Shown: positions 16,854 through 27,269 of the stretch, piece after piece
How positions within the stretch are numbered: position 1 is the stretch's first letter
Layout: every line of letters starts with the position of its first letter
Assembly (NCBI GenBank): GCA_964397755.1
Contig: CAYNJY010000006.1
Location: 1 to 63,145, forward strand
DNA length: 63,145 nucleotides
Direction of reading: 5' to 3'
DNA from: an uncultured Gammaproteobacteria bacterium
Lineage (GTDB): Bacteria; Patescibacteriota; Microgenomatia; UBA10105; UBA927
Made by a program: the position numbers and the translations under genes
The notes under the pieces: model-generated
The model's database searches: none
Told to the model about the DNA's origin: nothing
The model's input: only the letters and a program-made list of their open reading frames with translations

Positions 16854-17966
16854 TTACTTTTTGGCCTTGCGAACGACGAACTTTTTTTCGAGGCGTTTCA
16901 GGTTTTCGATGACGCCGGTATACTCCAGTTCATCCATTCCCGCCATCGAGGGACCGTGAAATCCCTGCATGCGCATTTCCAAGGTCTTCTTCGATGCGCG
17001 AGTCCGTATGAGGTCCCAAAAGGGTTGGTCAAAAAGGTCAACTGCCTCAGTCAGCTTCCCGTCACGGACGCAGTAGCCCGCAGCAGACACGATCGCGGGC
17101 CCATCAAAGTAGGAAATGATGGAGCCTTGCTTGACCGGCATCACGGCCACGTGGTGCGATCCGCGGTTATCACCGAGCGTAAAGTGCGCCAGCGCCCACG
17201 GTGAGAGAATCTCCCCAGTTGAGGGGAACTGCTTTTGAGTTCGGACGATAGCCACCGGATCATCTTTTCCGACGTACTTACCTGCTATATTATGAAGTCT
17301 GCTGGTTGAGACGGTAGCGGCAATTGAGTGTGTGGCGTTATCAGTGACACTCTCGATTACATAATGATTTGGGTCCCGCAGTAAGGTGCAGAGATCGTAA
17401 TAATCCTCGGGAACCTTGAGTGCTATAACTTTGTCTGACTCAGTATAATTTACATCCATGACCGTATAGGTAAACCCAGCGCACATATCCGGAGCCAGGA
17501 GAAGCCCGGCATTGTAATATGGGTTGGCAAAACCTTCAAAAATCGGAAAATTAAACATGCCCGGTCCGCATTTGTCAGCGGCGAAAAAGACAAACGGCTC
17601 TGCCGGCCGCTCCTCAAATTCCATCTCACACGATCCTGGCCCCATGCCGCGCACATTGCCGGAAAATGCATCTTTGAGAAGATCCTGTCCCGCCCCGTAG
17701 AGGCCTTGGGATTTAGCAACCTTAGTTGTTTCAATAAAGGTATCCCACGCGAGTTTGTGAATATCAGGGTGGTCAACGCCACGTTTGTGAGACATGAGAA
17801 GCGCGATGTCGTCGCCCGTATACGATATCCTACCATCGAGTAAAAGGCCTTTTTTGACCGCTTTTTGCAGCATCTCGCGAGCCTTGGCAAGCATAGCCTC
17901 GCTCGGTCTGTTATGTCCGCCAACTGAACCTGTATCTGCCTTAATGACGGAAAGAGTAACGTTCAT
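16854..17966 (-). CDS. bifunctional fructose-1,6-bisphosphate aldolase/phosphatase (class V FBPase type)
   Basis: N-terminus MNVTLSVIKADTGSVGGH and overall length of about 370 aa match the archaeal/deep-branching FBPA/P family as I recall it. ATGA overlap with gpmI. Confidence 0.8.
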   Translation of the reverse strand: MNVTLSVIKADTGSVGGHNRPSEAMLAKAREMLQKAVKKGLLLDGRISYTGDDIALLMSHKRGVDHPDIHKLAWDTFIETTKVAKSQGLYGAGQDLLKDAFSGNVRGMGPGSCEMEFEERPAEPFVFFAADKCGPGMFNFPIFEGFANPYYNAGLLLAPDMCAGFTYTVMDVNYTESDKVIALKVPEDYYDLCTLLRDPNHYVIESVTDNATHSIAATVSTSRLHNIAGKYVGKDDPVAIVRTQKQFPSTGEILSPWALAHFTLGDNRGSHHVAVMPVKQGSIISYFDGPAIVSAAGYCVRDGKLTEAVDLFDQPFWDLIRTRASKKTLEMRMQGFHGPSMAGMDELEYTGVIENLKRLEKKFVVRKAKK

Positions 17967-19588
17967 ACCAGTAAATTTGTGCCGGTCATTTCTTGTGGAA
18001 TGGGGAGTTTCTGGAACGAGAGGACCGTGGGTGCGACATCAGCGAGAGTGCCCCTTGGCAAAATCATTGGTCGAGATTCAAACATACGGTTGATAAAGAG
18101 AAACGGTACCGCAAACGTTGAATGCTCGGTGTCCATCGAACCGTCCGGCCCGAGCATCTCTTCAACATTACCATGATCTGCGGTTATAATGCAAGTTCCA
18201 CCTATGGCAAGGACAGCTGGTACGATGGTACCGAGGTGCTGGTCGGTTACTTCACACGCGCGGATTGCGGCGGCGATGTTGCCGGTATGCCCCACCATGT
18301 CGGGATTGGCGAAGTTAACCAGGATAAACGAATACACCCGGGCACCCAGGCGATCAACAAGGTGCTGGGTAAGCTCGAATGATGACATTTCGGGCGCGAG
18401 GTCATACGTAGCCACCTTTGGCGAAGGGATGATGATGTGGTCTTCTCCCGGAAACGGATCTTCCCTAAGTCCGTTAAAGTAGTACCCCACGAAACGCTCT
18501 TTCTCGCTTTCCGATGCACGCAGCTGTCGGTGGCGATTATCGGCGTACACTTTCCCGAGTGGATTCAGCACGAGCTGAGGGGGAAAGGCAACCGTACACG
18601 GCAGGTGGCGCTCGTACTCTGTCATCGTCACGAAAAATAGGTTCGGCAAAACGATGTGCCTTTTAAATGGTTTCTGCCGCGTGTCCGGCTCAACCACGTG
18701 CTTGTGATAGTACTTCACGCTATAGGGATCGTAGGAGTAGGATGCGCCCTGACTTTCAAAGTCGGCAAGGACGAAGGCCCGAGTGAGCTGCCTCGGCCTG
18801 TCTATGCGAAAGTTTATAAAAATCACGGAATCGTGATTGGATATACGGGGCAGCGGCTTTCCTAACGAATCAAGGAGAATCGTCGGCTCGATGAACTCGT
18901 CTGTTTGGCCTTTTCTGTATGCCTGCTCAATAGCGGCTTTTGAGTCTCGAGCAGTTAGTGTCCCGCTCACTTCGGTGAGCGCTTGGTAGGCCCTCTTTGT
19001 CCGTTCCCACCGCCTGTCTCGATCCATGGCGTAGTAGCGGCCTATGATCGTCGCGATTGATCCTACCTTATTCATCTCCACAAACGTTTCTACCTCGCTC
19101 ACAAATCGGGCTGCTGACTTGGGAGGTGCATCGCGGCCATCGGTAAAAAGATGAAGCAACACCGGGGGTTTAGTAGTCATTCGGGACAAAAGCGTAAGGA
19201 GCGCGTACAGGTGGTTTCGGCTGGCATGAACCCCGGCGTCGCTGACTACTCCCATAATATGCAAACGGGACGAGTGGCTATTGACGTAGTTAACGGCCCC
19301 AAGGAATGCTTCATTTTGAGCAAACGATCCATCGCTAACTGCCATATTGATGCGCGGGAGGTCCTGGTAGACCACACGGCCGGCTCCAAGGTTTATATGG
19401 CCGGTTTCGGTATTTCCATCCTCTCCCTGAGGCAACCCCACAGATTCACCCGAGGCAGAAAGCTCGGCATGGGGATAGGAGTTCCAAAGACGCTGAAAGT
19501 TGGGAAGTTTCGCCAAGCGTATGGCGTTGCCCGGCCCAGGAGGTGCGAGGCCCCAGCCGTCAAGGATAATAAGGACTACTGGCTTCAT
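17963..19588 (-). CDS. gpmI: 2,3-bisphosphoglycerate-independent phosphoglycerate mutase
   Basis: VVLIILDGWG, GNTETGHINLGAGR and ADHGN motifs. 541 aa. Confidence 0.9.
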   Translation of the reverse strand: MKPVVLIILDGWGLAPPGPGNAIRLAKLPNFQRLWNSYPHAELSASGESVGLPQGEDGNTETGHINLGAGRVVYQDLPRINMAVSDGSFAQNEAFLGAVNYVNSHSSRLHIMGVVSDAGVHASRNHLYALLTLLSRMTTKPPVLLHLFTDGRDAPPKSAARFVSEVETFVEMNKVGSIATIIGRYYAMDRDRRWERTKRAYQALTEVSGTLTARDSKAAIEQAYRKGQTDEFIEPTILLDSLGKPLPRISNHDSVIFINFRIDRPRQLTRAFVLADFESQGASYSYDPYSVKYYHKHVVEPDTRQKPFKRHIVLPNLFFVTMTEYERHLPCTVAFPPQLVLNPLGKVYADNRHRQLRASESEKERFVGYYFNGLREDPFPGEDHIIIPSPKVATYDLAPEMSSFELTQHLVDRLGARVYSFILVNFANPDMVGHTGNIAAAIRACEVTDQHLGTIVPAVLAIGGTCIITADHGNVEEMLGPDGSMDTEHSTFAVPFLFINRMFESRPMILPRGTLADVAPTVLSFQKLPIPQEMTGTNLLV

Positions 19589-20859
19589 TATTGGTGAAGA
19601 AGTTCAGACTCAATTTGGAGAAGCCTATTGTACTTCTCGACGCGTTCGCCCCGAGCCGGAGCGCCGAATTTTACATATTCCGATTGGACGGCAACAGCCA
19701 GATCAGCGATAAATGCGTCGTTCGTCTCCCCGCTCCTATGGGAAACGACGCAGGCGACACCATGCTCCTTTGCCATCTTACAGACGGTCAGGAACTCTGA
19801 AAGTGTGCCGATCTGGTTTGGTTTAAGGAGTATGCCGTTGCAAGCCTTCTCGGTCATGGACCGGGTTAGTCGCTCAGGGTTGGTTGCCAAAAGATCATCA
19901 CCGATAATAATGACTTCCCGGCCTAGAACGGCAGTTAACTCTTTCCAGCTCTCCCAATCATCCTCATCGAGCGGATCCTCAAGGAGCAGAAGCCGATATT
20001 TCTTGTGCAGATCCTTGAGGTATTCGATGAGTTCTTTCGCGCTGTAGGGATTTGCTCGGTCAATAAGTTGGTACCCCCGGTCGGTTTTAAACTGACCACC
20101 GGCAACATCAAGACCCAAAAAAATATCGACGCCCAGCTTATACGAGGTTTGATGAATGACATCGACAATTATCTCAACCGCGTCAAGATTGGTAAAGAGA
20201 TTTGGGGCATATCCGCCCTCGTCGCCGATTGAGGTGATGGCGTTTCGGTGTACTAGTTCTTTTTTGAGCAGGTGGTAGAGCTCAACCACCATTTGCAGAC
20301 CCACGTGGTACGGCTTGTTGGTCGCGGGAACAACCTGAAACTCTTGAATGTTGAGGTTCCCGGCGCCGTGCTTGCCGCCGTTAATAAGGTTAAAGGTGGG
20401 TGTGGGTATGCGCGCCAAGGGAGTTTTATAGAGCGTGTTAAAGAGCGTGTTGAGATATCGGTAGAGAGGGAGGCGCTGGGCCGTTGCGGCGGCGGCGGCG
20501 CAGGCGAGTGACGCACTAAGGATCGCGTTTGCCCCGAGCCGGGCTTTGTCCGGCGTCGCGTCAAGCTCTTTTAAGATAGTATCGATAGCAGATTGATCGG
20601 CTGCATCCTTTCCTTTTAGAGCGGCTTGAATGCCGGCGTTTACGTTACCGACTGCCTTGAGGACGCCCAAACCCCCGAATCGGGACGGATCATTATCGCG
20701 AAGCTCCACTGCCTCGTATTTTCCCAGCGATGCTCCGGCAGGCACCGATGCGGTGCCCCGATAGCCGCTTCCCAGAATCGCCGTCGTCTCAACCGTCGGA
20801 TTGCCTCTGGAATCAAGTATTTCGCGCGCGTTGACACTGTAAACTCTTGTATCTGTCAT
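19588..20859 (-). CDS. eno: enolase
   Basis: REILDSRGNPTVE, SHRSGETND and LLLKPNQIGT-like motifs. TAATG junction with gpmI and ATGA overlap with ppsA. Confidence 0.95.
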   Translation of the reverse strand: MTDTRVYSVNAREILDSRGNPTVETTAILGSGYRGTASVPAGASLGKYEAVELRDNDPSRFGGLGVLKAVGNVNAGIQAALKGKDAADQSAIDTILKELDATPDKARLGANAILSASLACAAAAATAQRLPLYRYLNTLFNTLYKTPLARIPTPTFNLINGGKHGAGNLNIQEFQVVPATNKPYHVGLQMVVELYHLLKKELVHRNAITSIGDEGGYAPNLFTNLDAVEIIVDVIHQTSYKLGVDIFLGLDVAGGQFKTDRGYQLIDRANPYSAKELIEYLKDLHKKYRLLLLEDPLDEDDWESWKELTAVLGREVIIIGDDLLATNPERLTRSMTEKACNGILLKPNQIGTLSEFLTVCKMAKEHGVACVVSHRSGETNDAFIADLAVAVQSEYVKFGAPARGERVEKYNRLLQIESELLHQ

Positions 20860-23138
20860 GTCGTTTTCTTCTTGGTAACAAATCTTCTCTCCGCCTCGTA
20901 GACGGTCTCACGGACGTCACCCGCGACGTCTGCGTTTATTGATATACTCGTGATTCCCCATCGTACCAGTTTTTCAACCAGTTCGGGATAGTCGGACGGC
21001 GCCTGGCCACACATTGACGAGGTGACGCCGCGAGCGTTACACGCTTTTATAACCCGTTCAAACGCCCACAGAACCGCGGGATCCATTTCGCTAAAGCGCG
21101 CTGCAACGTCGCTGTTATCCCGGTCGACGCCGAGAATGAGCATCGTCAGATCATTTGAGCCGAACGAGATCCCGTCGATACCCACATCAAGGTATTGGTC
21201 TATGAGGATGACGTTCGTTGGTATCTCGACCATTAGCCAAAACTTAAACGAGGGCGAACGAAAGAGCCCACGTGCGGCAGTGAGCTTTTTCACCTCCAAA
21301 AGCTCCTGGGGAGATCGAACAAAAGGGATCATCAGGTAAAGATTTTTAAGACCCATCTTGTTACGAACAACTTTGATCGCTTCGAGCTCGAGCTCAAAAA
21401 CCCGAGGGTCAGCTATGTAACGCGCGGCGCCGCGGAAGCCGAGCATGGGGTTTTCCTCCTGCGGCTCAAACTGGGCTCCCCCCTTGAGGTTCCGAAATTC
21501 GTTGGTGCGAAAGTCGGTCGCGCGGTACACGACGTACCTCGGGTTAAACGCTTTGCAAATTGCGGCCATGCCGTGGGCCAGTTCACTGATAAACAATTTT
21601 TCTTTCTTGTCCTGAATAAACTTTTTCGGGTGGACGCCGATATGAGAAATGATAAACTCAGCGCGCATGAGGCCCACGCCGTCGACATTGAGTTTCCCCA
21701 CTACAGTAGCGCGCGAAGGGTCAGCGAGATTGACGAGGACCTTTGTAGCGGTTTTGAGTTTCTGACCGGCATATTTCGAAGTCGTAACACTCTCGGTTCT
21801 CACACTCTCGGCGATAGAACCCTTATACAGCTCACCTACTGCGCCATTCACCGTTATCACCATGCCGTCTCGAAGAGTCTTTAAAACATCTGCTACGCCA
21901 ACCACCGCAGGGATACCCATTTCGCGTGACACAATAGCCGCATGTGAAGTTCTGCCACCTCGCTGGGTAACGATGGCAACCGCCTTTTTCATGGCCGGCA
22001 CAAAGTCCGGGTTGGTCATGTCCGCAACCAATATGTCGCCGCTTTGCACTTTATGAAGTTCCTTCACAGAGTACAAAATCTTGACAGGCCCTGCGGCAAC
22101 TCCCGGGCTTGCCGGATCGCCCTTGAGGAATACCTCGTGTTTGGGGGAACGGAGCGCAGTCGCACCGAGCTGTTTCCCAACTGTTGTGACAGGTCGTGTC
22201 TGAACCAGATAAACTTTCCCTTTTTCTATTGCCCATTCGGCATCCTGCGGGAAGAAGTAGTGCTTTTCAAGTTTAACGCCGAGCGTGGCAAGGAGAAGAA
22301 TTTGCTTGTCGCTCAGCTTCTGTTTTGATGCGATGTTTTTCGCTACACGCAGCATGACGTTCCGCACGCCGTCCTTCTTCATCAGTTTTTCTTGCTCGTG
22401 TACCTGCTTGTCTTCAATAGTGTTTTTCCCCTTGTCAACCACGTAGTGATCGGGGGTAACCTGACCCTGGACGATTGTTTCACCCAAACCGTACACCGCT
22501 TCAATAATGATGCGGGATTTGTCATTGGTCACCGGATCGATGGTAAAGAGGACTCCGGAAAGATCCGACTGCACCATGCGTTGTACCGGCACCGCGATGC
22601 CCACTTTCAGATGGTCGAAGCGGTTGGTTGCGCGGTAAAAAATCGCTCGGGCGGTGAACAATGATGCCCAAGCTTCACGGACTTTCTCAATGAGATTAGC
22701 CTCACCTCGGACGTTGAGAAAAGTGGCTTGTTGACCGGCAAATGAGGCTGTCGGTAGATCTTCGGCGGTTGCCGATGAACGGACGGCTACGAGTGCATGT
22801 TTTAGGAATCTTCCACCGAGTTTGTCGTACGCTCGAATAATCTCGAGTGCCAGTGGTTTAGGGAAATGAGAACGGCGAATAAGATTTTCAATGGTTTTTG
22901 AGGCACGCTCGAGTGCTTTTGCGTTATTGACGTCGAGGGAACTAAGCGTATCGCGGATTTTGTCTCGAATGCCGGCTTCGTCCAAGAAATGAAAGTAGGC
23001 CGCGGCAGTCACGATAAACCCGGGAGGCACCGGGAAGCCGGCTCTCGTCATTTCACCGAGGTTTGCTCCTTTTCCGCCGACCGTATCAATATCGTTCTTA
23101 TCGACGTCGCGAAACCAAACAATATACGCGTTATTCAT
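20856..23138 (-). CDS. ppsA: phosphoenolpyruvate synthase (pyruvate, water dikinase)
   Basis: GGKGANLGEM ATP-grasp N-terminus, phosphohistidine region GGRTSHAAIVSREMGIP, C-terminal PEP-utilising TIM barrel. Start at the ATG for MNNAYIVWF; the ORF-track start is GTG. Confidence 0.9.
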   Translation of the reverse strand: MNNAYIVWFRDVDKNDIDTVGGKGANLGEMTRAGFPVPPGFIVTAAAYFHFLDEAGIRDKIRDTLSSLDVNNAKALERASKTIENLIRRSHFPKPLALEIIRAYDKLGGRFLKHALVAVRSSATAEDLPTASFAGQQATFLNVRGEANLIEKVREAWASLFTARAIFYRATNRFDHLKVGIAVPVQRMVQSDLSGVLFTIDPVTNDKSRIIIEAVYGLGETIVQGQVTPDHYVVDKGKNTIEDKQVHEQEKLMKKDGVRNVMLRVAKNIASKQKLSDKQILLLATLGVKLEKHYFFPQDAEWAIEKGKVYLVQTRPVTTVGKQLGATALRSPKHEVFLKGDPASPGVAAGPVKILYSVKELHKVQSGDILVADMTNPDFVPAMKKAVAIVTQRGGRTSHAAIVSREMGIPAVVGVADVLKTLRDGMVITVNGAVGELYKGSIAESVRTESVTTSKYAGQKLKTATKVLVNLADPSRATVVGKLNVDGVGLMRAEFIISHIGVHPKKFIQDKKEKLFISELAHGMAAICKAFNPRYVVYRATDFRTNEFRNLKGGAQFEPQEENPMLGFRGAARYIADPRVFELELEAIKVVRNKMGLKNLYLMIPFVRSPQELLEVKKLTAARGLFRSPSFKFWLMVEIPTNVILIDQYLDVGIDGISFGSNDLTMLILGVDRDNSDVAARFSEMDPAVLWAFERVIKACNARGVTSSMCGQAPSDYPELVEKLVRWGITSISINADVAGDVRETVYEAERRFVTKKKTT

Positions 23139-23253
23139 CGCCGGGTATGAGCTTCTTCTACTCAAAAGCACCTGGGCATACAGATAGTATGAGTAACTTC
23201 ACAGTGAAATTGCAAGAGGGTAATACAAAGATAAGGATCGCATCCTTCCGATC

Positions 23254-24330
23254 TTACGTCTTAGTAGCCAGTTCTGCTTTAAAGTAATCTACCCATGGGA
23301 TTTTACTTGGGTCCGCGTCATAGAGCATGGCCATGTAAAAGTTGACGTATGCACCGAATTGGATGCATTCAAGAGCCTGGGCTACTGTATCTTTTGCTGT
23401 GGTTTGGTATTCTTCAACAGAGACACCTTGCTTGCTCACCACGTCTTTTGTGATCATGACGCGCTTGGTAATACGTGGTGAATAATCCGTCGACGTTAAG
23501 AAGAGAAATTTTAACACGTCTTTATTTAGCGCCGGATTGGTCAAGCCCTCCATGAGGTGATGATTAAGTTCGGGAATCATATGATAAGCGGCAAATGTTT
23601 TTGCTGATTCATGAAGTTGATTGCGTATGACACGACCAACTTGAGCGAGAAATTCTGCGGAGACAATGACGGGTATTTTTTCTTTCCAGCCAAGCGCTAA
23701 TTGTTTTGCTTTGTTTTTTTCAGTTGGAACTGAAACACCGAAACTTTCATTGCCTTTCGCCAACACAGAAACCACTTCTGCGACTGTTTTTTGAGGGACC
23801 TGCAGTAATCCAAGCGAGTTACATAAGGCTATGTGTCCAAATACAGAGTATCCCGTACCAAGACGGGGCTGACGAGAGGGATTGTACCTTGGTTCAAAAA
23901 TATACGCGGGAACTCCGGCAGTCTTTAACATTTCACCTAATCTGCCACCTACGGTTAACCCAGTGACCAGTGCTTTTTTGTCCAAAGCCTCCTGGGCGCA
24001 TGCTAGCGTCTCTTCTGTGCTTCCGGAATAACTTGCGAGAATAACCAATGTTTTATCGTTGGTGTATGGTGGCAGATGATAATCATTAATAATTTCAAAT
24101 GGCACCGGCATGACATCAGCAAAAAGTGACTTCACAACATAGGCGCCAAGGGCTGAGCCCCCCATGCCGGAAAAGACTATCGAGGTCACCTGTCGGTAGG
24201 AATCAGGAAATTGGATCTTAGGCACTTCCTCCCATGCCTGCTGACATTGACCTCCCAACTGCTCTATAGAACCAACAACACCAACAGTATCCAACTTTTT
24301 CATCGCGGTAACATCATCAAGATTTGTCAT
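23254..24330 (-). CDS. bifunctional phosphoglucose/phosphomannose isomerase (SIS-domain, archaeal-type)
   Basis: FSGMGGSALGAY and LVILASYSGSTEETL SIS motifs. Length of about 358 aa and C-terminal region are as in PGI/PMI family proteins. Confidence 0.7.
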   Translation of the reverse strand: MTNLDDVTAMKKLDTVGVVGSIEQLGGQCQQAWEEVPKIQFPDSYRQVTSIVFSGMGGSALGAYVVKSLFADVMPVPFEIINDYHLPPYTNDKTLVILASYSGSTEETLACAQEALDKKALVTGLTVGGRLGEMLKTAGVPAYIFEPRYNPSRQPRLGTGYSVFGHIALCNSLGLLQVPQKTVAEVVSVLAKGNESFGVSVPTEKNKAKQLALGWKEKIPVIVSAEFLAQVGRVIRNQLHESAKTFAAYHMIPELNHHLMEGLTNPALNKDVLKFLFLTSTDYSPRITKRVMITKDVVSKQGVSVEEYQTTAKDTVAQALECIQFGAYVNFYMAMLYDADPSKIPWVDYFKAELATKT

Positions 24331-25148
24331 AATTCCCTCTTTCTGATTATATCCAATAATTGATCGTGTATGTAGCCATTACTTGCAAGAAACCCTTTCT
24401 TCATATCATGAGGAACTATCTGACTTCCATCCAAATGTGTTACTTGTCCGCCAGCCTCCCGTACGAGGAGAATTCCGGAAGCCACATCGTGCCACGCGTT
24501 TGGTAACTCTGCCGGAATAATATGAGCGTCCAAAATACCGCTCGCTACATACCCGAGTGCTTTGGCATCATCCCAACCGGGACGGAGTCTGTAGCAAGTA
24601 AATGTCAATTCCTGCAACAGAGGAAAATGTTTTTCTATTCGGGACCGCGCAAATTGTGAGGAGCCGACGGGGAGATGGTATCCGACGTGGGATATCTTTA
24701 CGTCTTTTGTTATCGAAACGCGGATATTTTCACTATCTTTTTTAGCACCTTGCCCTGACGCTGCGCTATATAATTCGTCTAAGCCGGCACGCTTAATCAC
24801 ACCAACTACGAGTTTTCTATTGTGTTCAACTGCTATCAGGCAGTTGTATTCTTTGACACCTCGGGCGTACTCTTTTGTCCCGTCCAAGGGATCAATAATC
24901 CATAAGTATTCAGAGTGTTTATCAGTTAGCCCTCCTTCTTCACCCATGACGCTATGATCGGGATATTTCTTTTGGATGTACGAACGAATAAGTTTTTCGG
25001 AGGCGAGATCGGCAGTCATCGCAAAGTCTCCGATATCTTTTTTTACCACAACAATAGCTTTTTTTTGATAACGGTTCAGAAGTTCTCCCACGCGCTGTGC
25101 TATATATTCTGCGTCTTTTTGAAGTTGTTGGTAAAATGTAACGCTCAT
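24327..25148 (-). CDS. inositol-monophosphatase family phosphatase (IMPase/FBPase-like)
   Basis: GEEGG, WIIDPLDGTKEY and WDDAKALG-type motifs. ATGA overlaps on both sides. Confidence 0.8.
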   Translation of the reverse strand: MSVTFYQQLQKDAEYIAQRVGELLNRYQKKAIVVVKKDIGDFAMTADLASEKLIRSYIQKKYPDHSVMGEEGGLTDKHSEYLWIIDPLDGTKEYARGVKEYNCLIAVEHNRKLVVGVIKRAGLDELYSAASGQGAKKDSENIRVSITKDVKISHVGYHLPVGSSQFARSRIEKHFPLLQELTFTCYRLRPGWDDAKALGYVASGILDAHIIPAELPNAWHDVASGILLVREAGGQVTHLDGSQIVPHDMKKGFLASNGYIHDQLLDIIRKREL

Positions 25149-26563
25149 TTGAGTGAGTCTGTGTTGACTCCTTTCGTAAAATCTACGTCGCTGTATCGGT
25201 GTAAAATTTCACCCACTTGCCTTTGAAGCAGATCATATTGCGCTTGTACCTTTGCTTCAAATTTGACGGTCAAATACGGACCGTTTTGGGAGGCGCGGAC
25301 GATGAGCATTTCATTCTCGGTATCCATACGGACGCCGTCAATCTCTGTGTACCGAGCACGTGGGTAGAGCGCCTTGATGTCACGGCCTATTTTTTCGCTG
25401 ACAAGCTGGAACTTCACTACATCGGGACAACCAACCTTGATCTCCGGACTTGAAACATATGTGGGCAACTCAGACATCACGTGTTTAAGCGACTTGTTTA
25501 CCCGTGACAGGTATGCAAGAAGCCGAAGGGAGCCGAGCGCGCCATCATCGTGTCCATAAAAATTATCGAGAAAAAAGAAGTGACCAGAGAGTTCACCCCC
25601 AAAGGCAGCTCGTTCTTCCCGCACCTTAGCTTTAATGAACGAGTGGCCGGTTTTCCACATGATAGGCGTCCCTCCATGTGAACGGATCACAGTATCAACC
25701 TGCTTGGAACAGAGGGTGTTGTAGACAATGCGAGCGCCGGGTAGAAAATCCAAAATATCGATAGAACAAATGGAAACGAACACGTCATTCCAAATAAGCG
25801 AACCATCTCCATCAACAATGCCGACCCGGTCGCCATCACAATCATAGGAAAAACCTATATCAGCCTTTTCCGAAATCACTCGTTTTGCCAACCTCTCCTG
25901 AACGATGCGTTCCGTTGGATCGGGTGTTCCGACGGGAAAATTTCCATCCGGCTTGGTATTCTGTTCAATAACATCGCATCCTGCCTGACGAAAGATGAGG
26001 GGAAGGAAGGCACCCGGTGTCGCAGCACAACCTTCGACAACAATTTTAAATTTTTTAATCGGGCCGACGCGGCGAAAAAGATCTGTAAGATACATGGGGA
26101 AAACATCTTTCTCCATGCATGTTCCGCTTGGTTCGCCCGCAATAAATTTTGCAGATTTGACCAATTCTCTCAGCTCGATAATATCCTCGGTCAGCATGGT
26201 TTCCGAATAACCGCTGCCGAACTTGAAGCCGTTATACTCTTTGGGATTATGAGAAGCGGTGATCATCACCATTCCGCGAGTACGGAAGTAATATTGCGCG
26301 AAGTAGGCAATCTGCGAGAGCGTCATGCCGATGTCGTAGACGGTAATTCCTGATTGGGTAAGGCCTTTCACCATCGCATCGCGAAACGCCGGACTTGAGA
26401 GCCGGCAGTCGTAGCCGACGACGCAGTCGTCGATGCGGCGCTGAAGAAGCCATGTGGCATAGCCTCGGGCGAGGAGTTCAACTCGCTCTGGGTCAAGCTC
26501 TGAACCTACGAGTCCTCGTAGGTCGTAGCCACGAAAAACATGATCTGGTATTTGGGAAACCAT
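25145..26563 (-). CDS. phosphomannomutase/phosphoglucomutase
   Basis: Active-site ITASHNP, metal loop YDCDGDR and GELSGHFFF sugar-binding loop. Confidence 0.85.
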   Translation of the reverse strand: MVSQIPDHVFRGYDLRGLVGSELDPERVELLARGYATWLLQRRIDDCVVGYDCRLSSPAFRDAMVKGLTQSGITVYDIGMTLSQIAYFAQYYFRTRGMVMITASHNPKEYNGFKFGSGYSETMLTEDIIELRELVKSAKFIAGEPSGTCMEKDVFPMYLTDLFRRVGPIKKFKIVVEGCAATPGAFLPLIFRQAGCDVIEQNTKPDGNFPVGTPDPTERIVQERLAKRVISEKADIGFSYDCDGDRVGIVDGDGSLIWNDVFVSICSIDILDFLPGARIVYNTLCSKQVDTVIRSHGGTPIMWKTGHSFIKAKVREERAAFGGELSGHFFFLDNFYGHDDGALGSLRLLAYLSRVNKSLKHVMSELPTYVSSPEIKVGCPDVVKFQLVSEKIGRDIKALYPRARYTEIDGVRMDTENEMLIVRASQNGPYLTVKFEAKVQAQYDLLQRQVGEILHRYSDVDFTKGVNTDSLK

Positions 26564-26569
26564 GGGAGC

Positions 26570-27268
26570 TTAGAGATCAATAACAAACTGTTCCAGTTGT
26601 TGGGCAAGTGTGAAGGGTGAGGAGCCGGTTTTGACGGAGATATCGATGGAAATGAGGTTCTTGTGCATAGCGAGAAGTTTTTCCATCGTAAAGAATCGGG
26701 CTTGGCCTGTCAAGCGCGATAGCTGCCAGTCGGCAAGTCCAGGCGGCGTTGTCCCGTCTCTGGCCATCATAAGCTGGCGTACGCGGCGAACGAGAAGCGT
26801 AAAGAGGAGCTCCGCTTCATCGCTCGTTTTCTGAAGAAGCTCAAGGAGTCCCCTCGCGTGGTTAGGTCGCAGGCTGTCAAGGAACGCGAAGATCACTGGG
26901 GGCGCTTTAAACCTGAGAACTTTCACACGTGCGCCGAAAAGTTCGAGAGCTCCTTTGTCAATCTCATTCTCTTCGTACAGAATAATGTCCGTCTCGCGCG
27001 GTGCCGCGAGTATCGCCTGAATAAGCGCTTGGCGGGCCTTCTGTTTTTTCTTGAGCGTCGCACAGGCATTTTCAAGAATAACGAGTGTCTCCTTTCCGAA
27101 GAACGATTGGGATTCGGACGCCTGGATAAACATGGTCAAATCTGGAACTTTTCCACGTACCTCACGTATCTCTTTCGCTCGTGCTTCGCTTTTGAGCTTG
27201 GTAAGGTGTGCGCGTGATGCCTCGGTGTTGTTCCCGTGAATCAACGTTATCATGTGAGACTGAGACAA
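26570..27268 (-). CDS. probable DNA polymerase III delta subunit, shortened form
   Basis: N-terminal ITLIHGNNTEASRAHL and FFGKETLVILENA resemble the HolA N-domain, but only 232 aa. The ORF-track start is TTG; an alternative ATG lies at 27253. Confidence 0.45.
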   Translation of the reverse strand: MSQSHMITLIHGNNTEASRAHLTKLKSEARAKEIREVRGKVPDLTMFIQASESQSFFGKETLVILENACATLKKKQKARQALIQAILAAPRETDIILYEENEIDKGALELFGARVKVLRFKAPPVIFAFLDSLRPNHARGLLELLQKTSDEAELLFTLLVRRVRQLMMARDGTTPPGLADWQLSRLTGQARFFTMEKLLAMHKNLISIDISVKTGSSPFTLAQQLEQFVIDL

Positions 27269-27269
27269 C

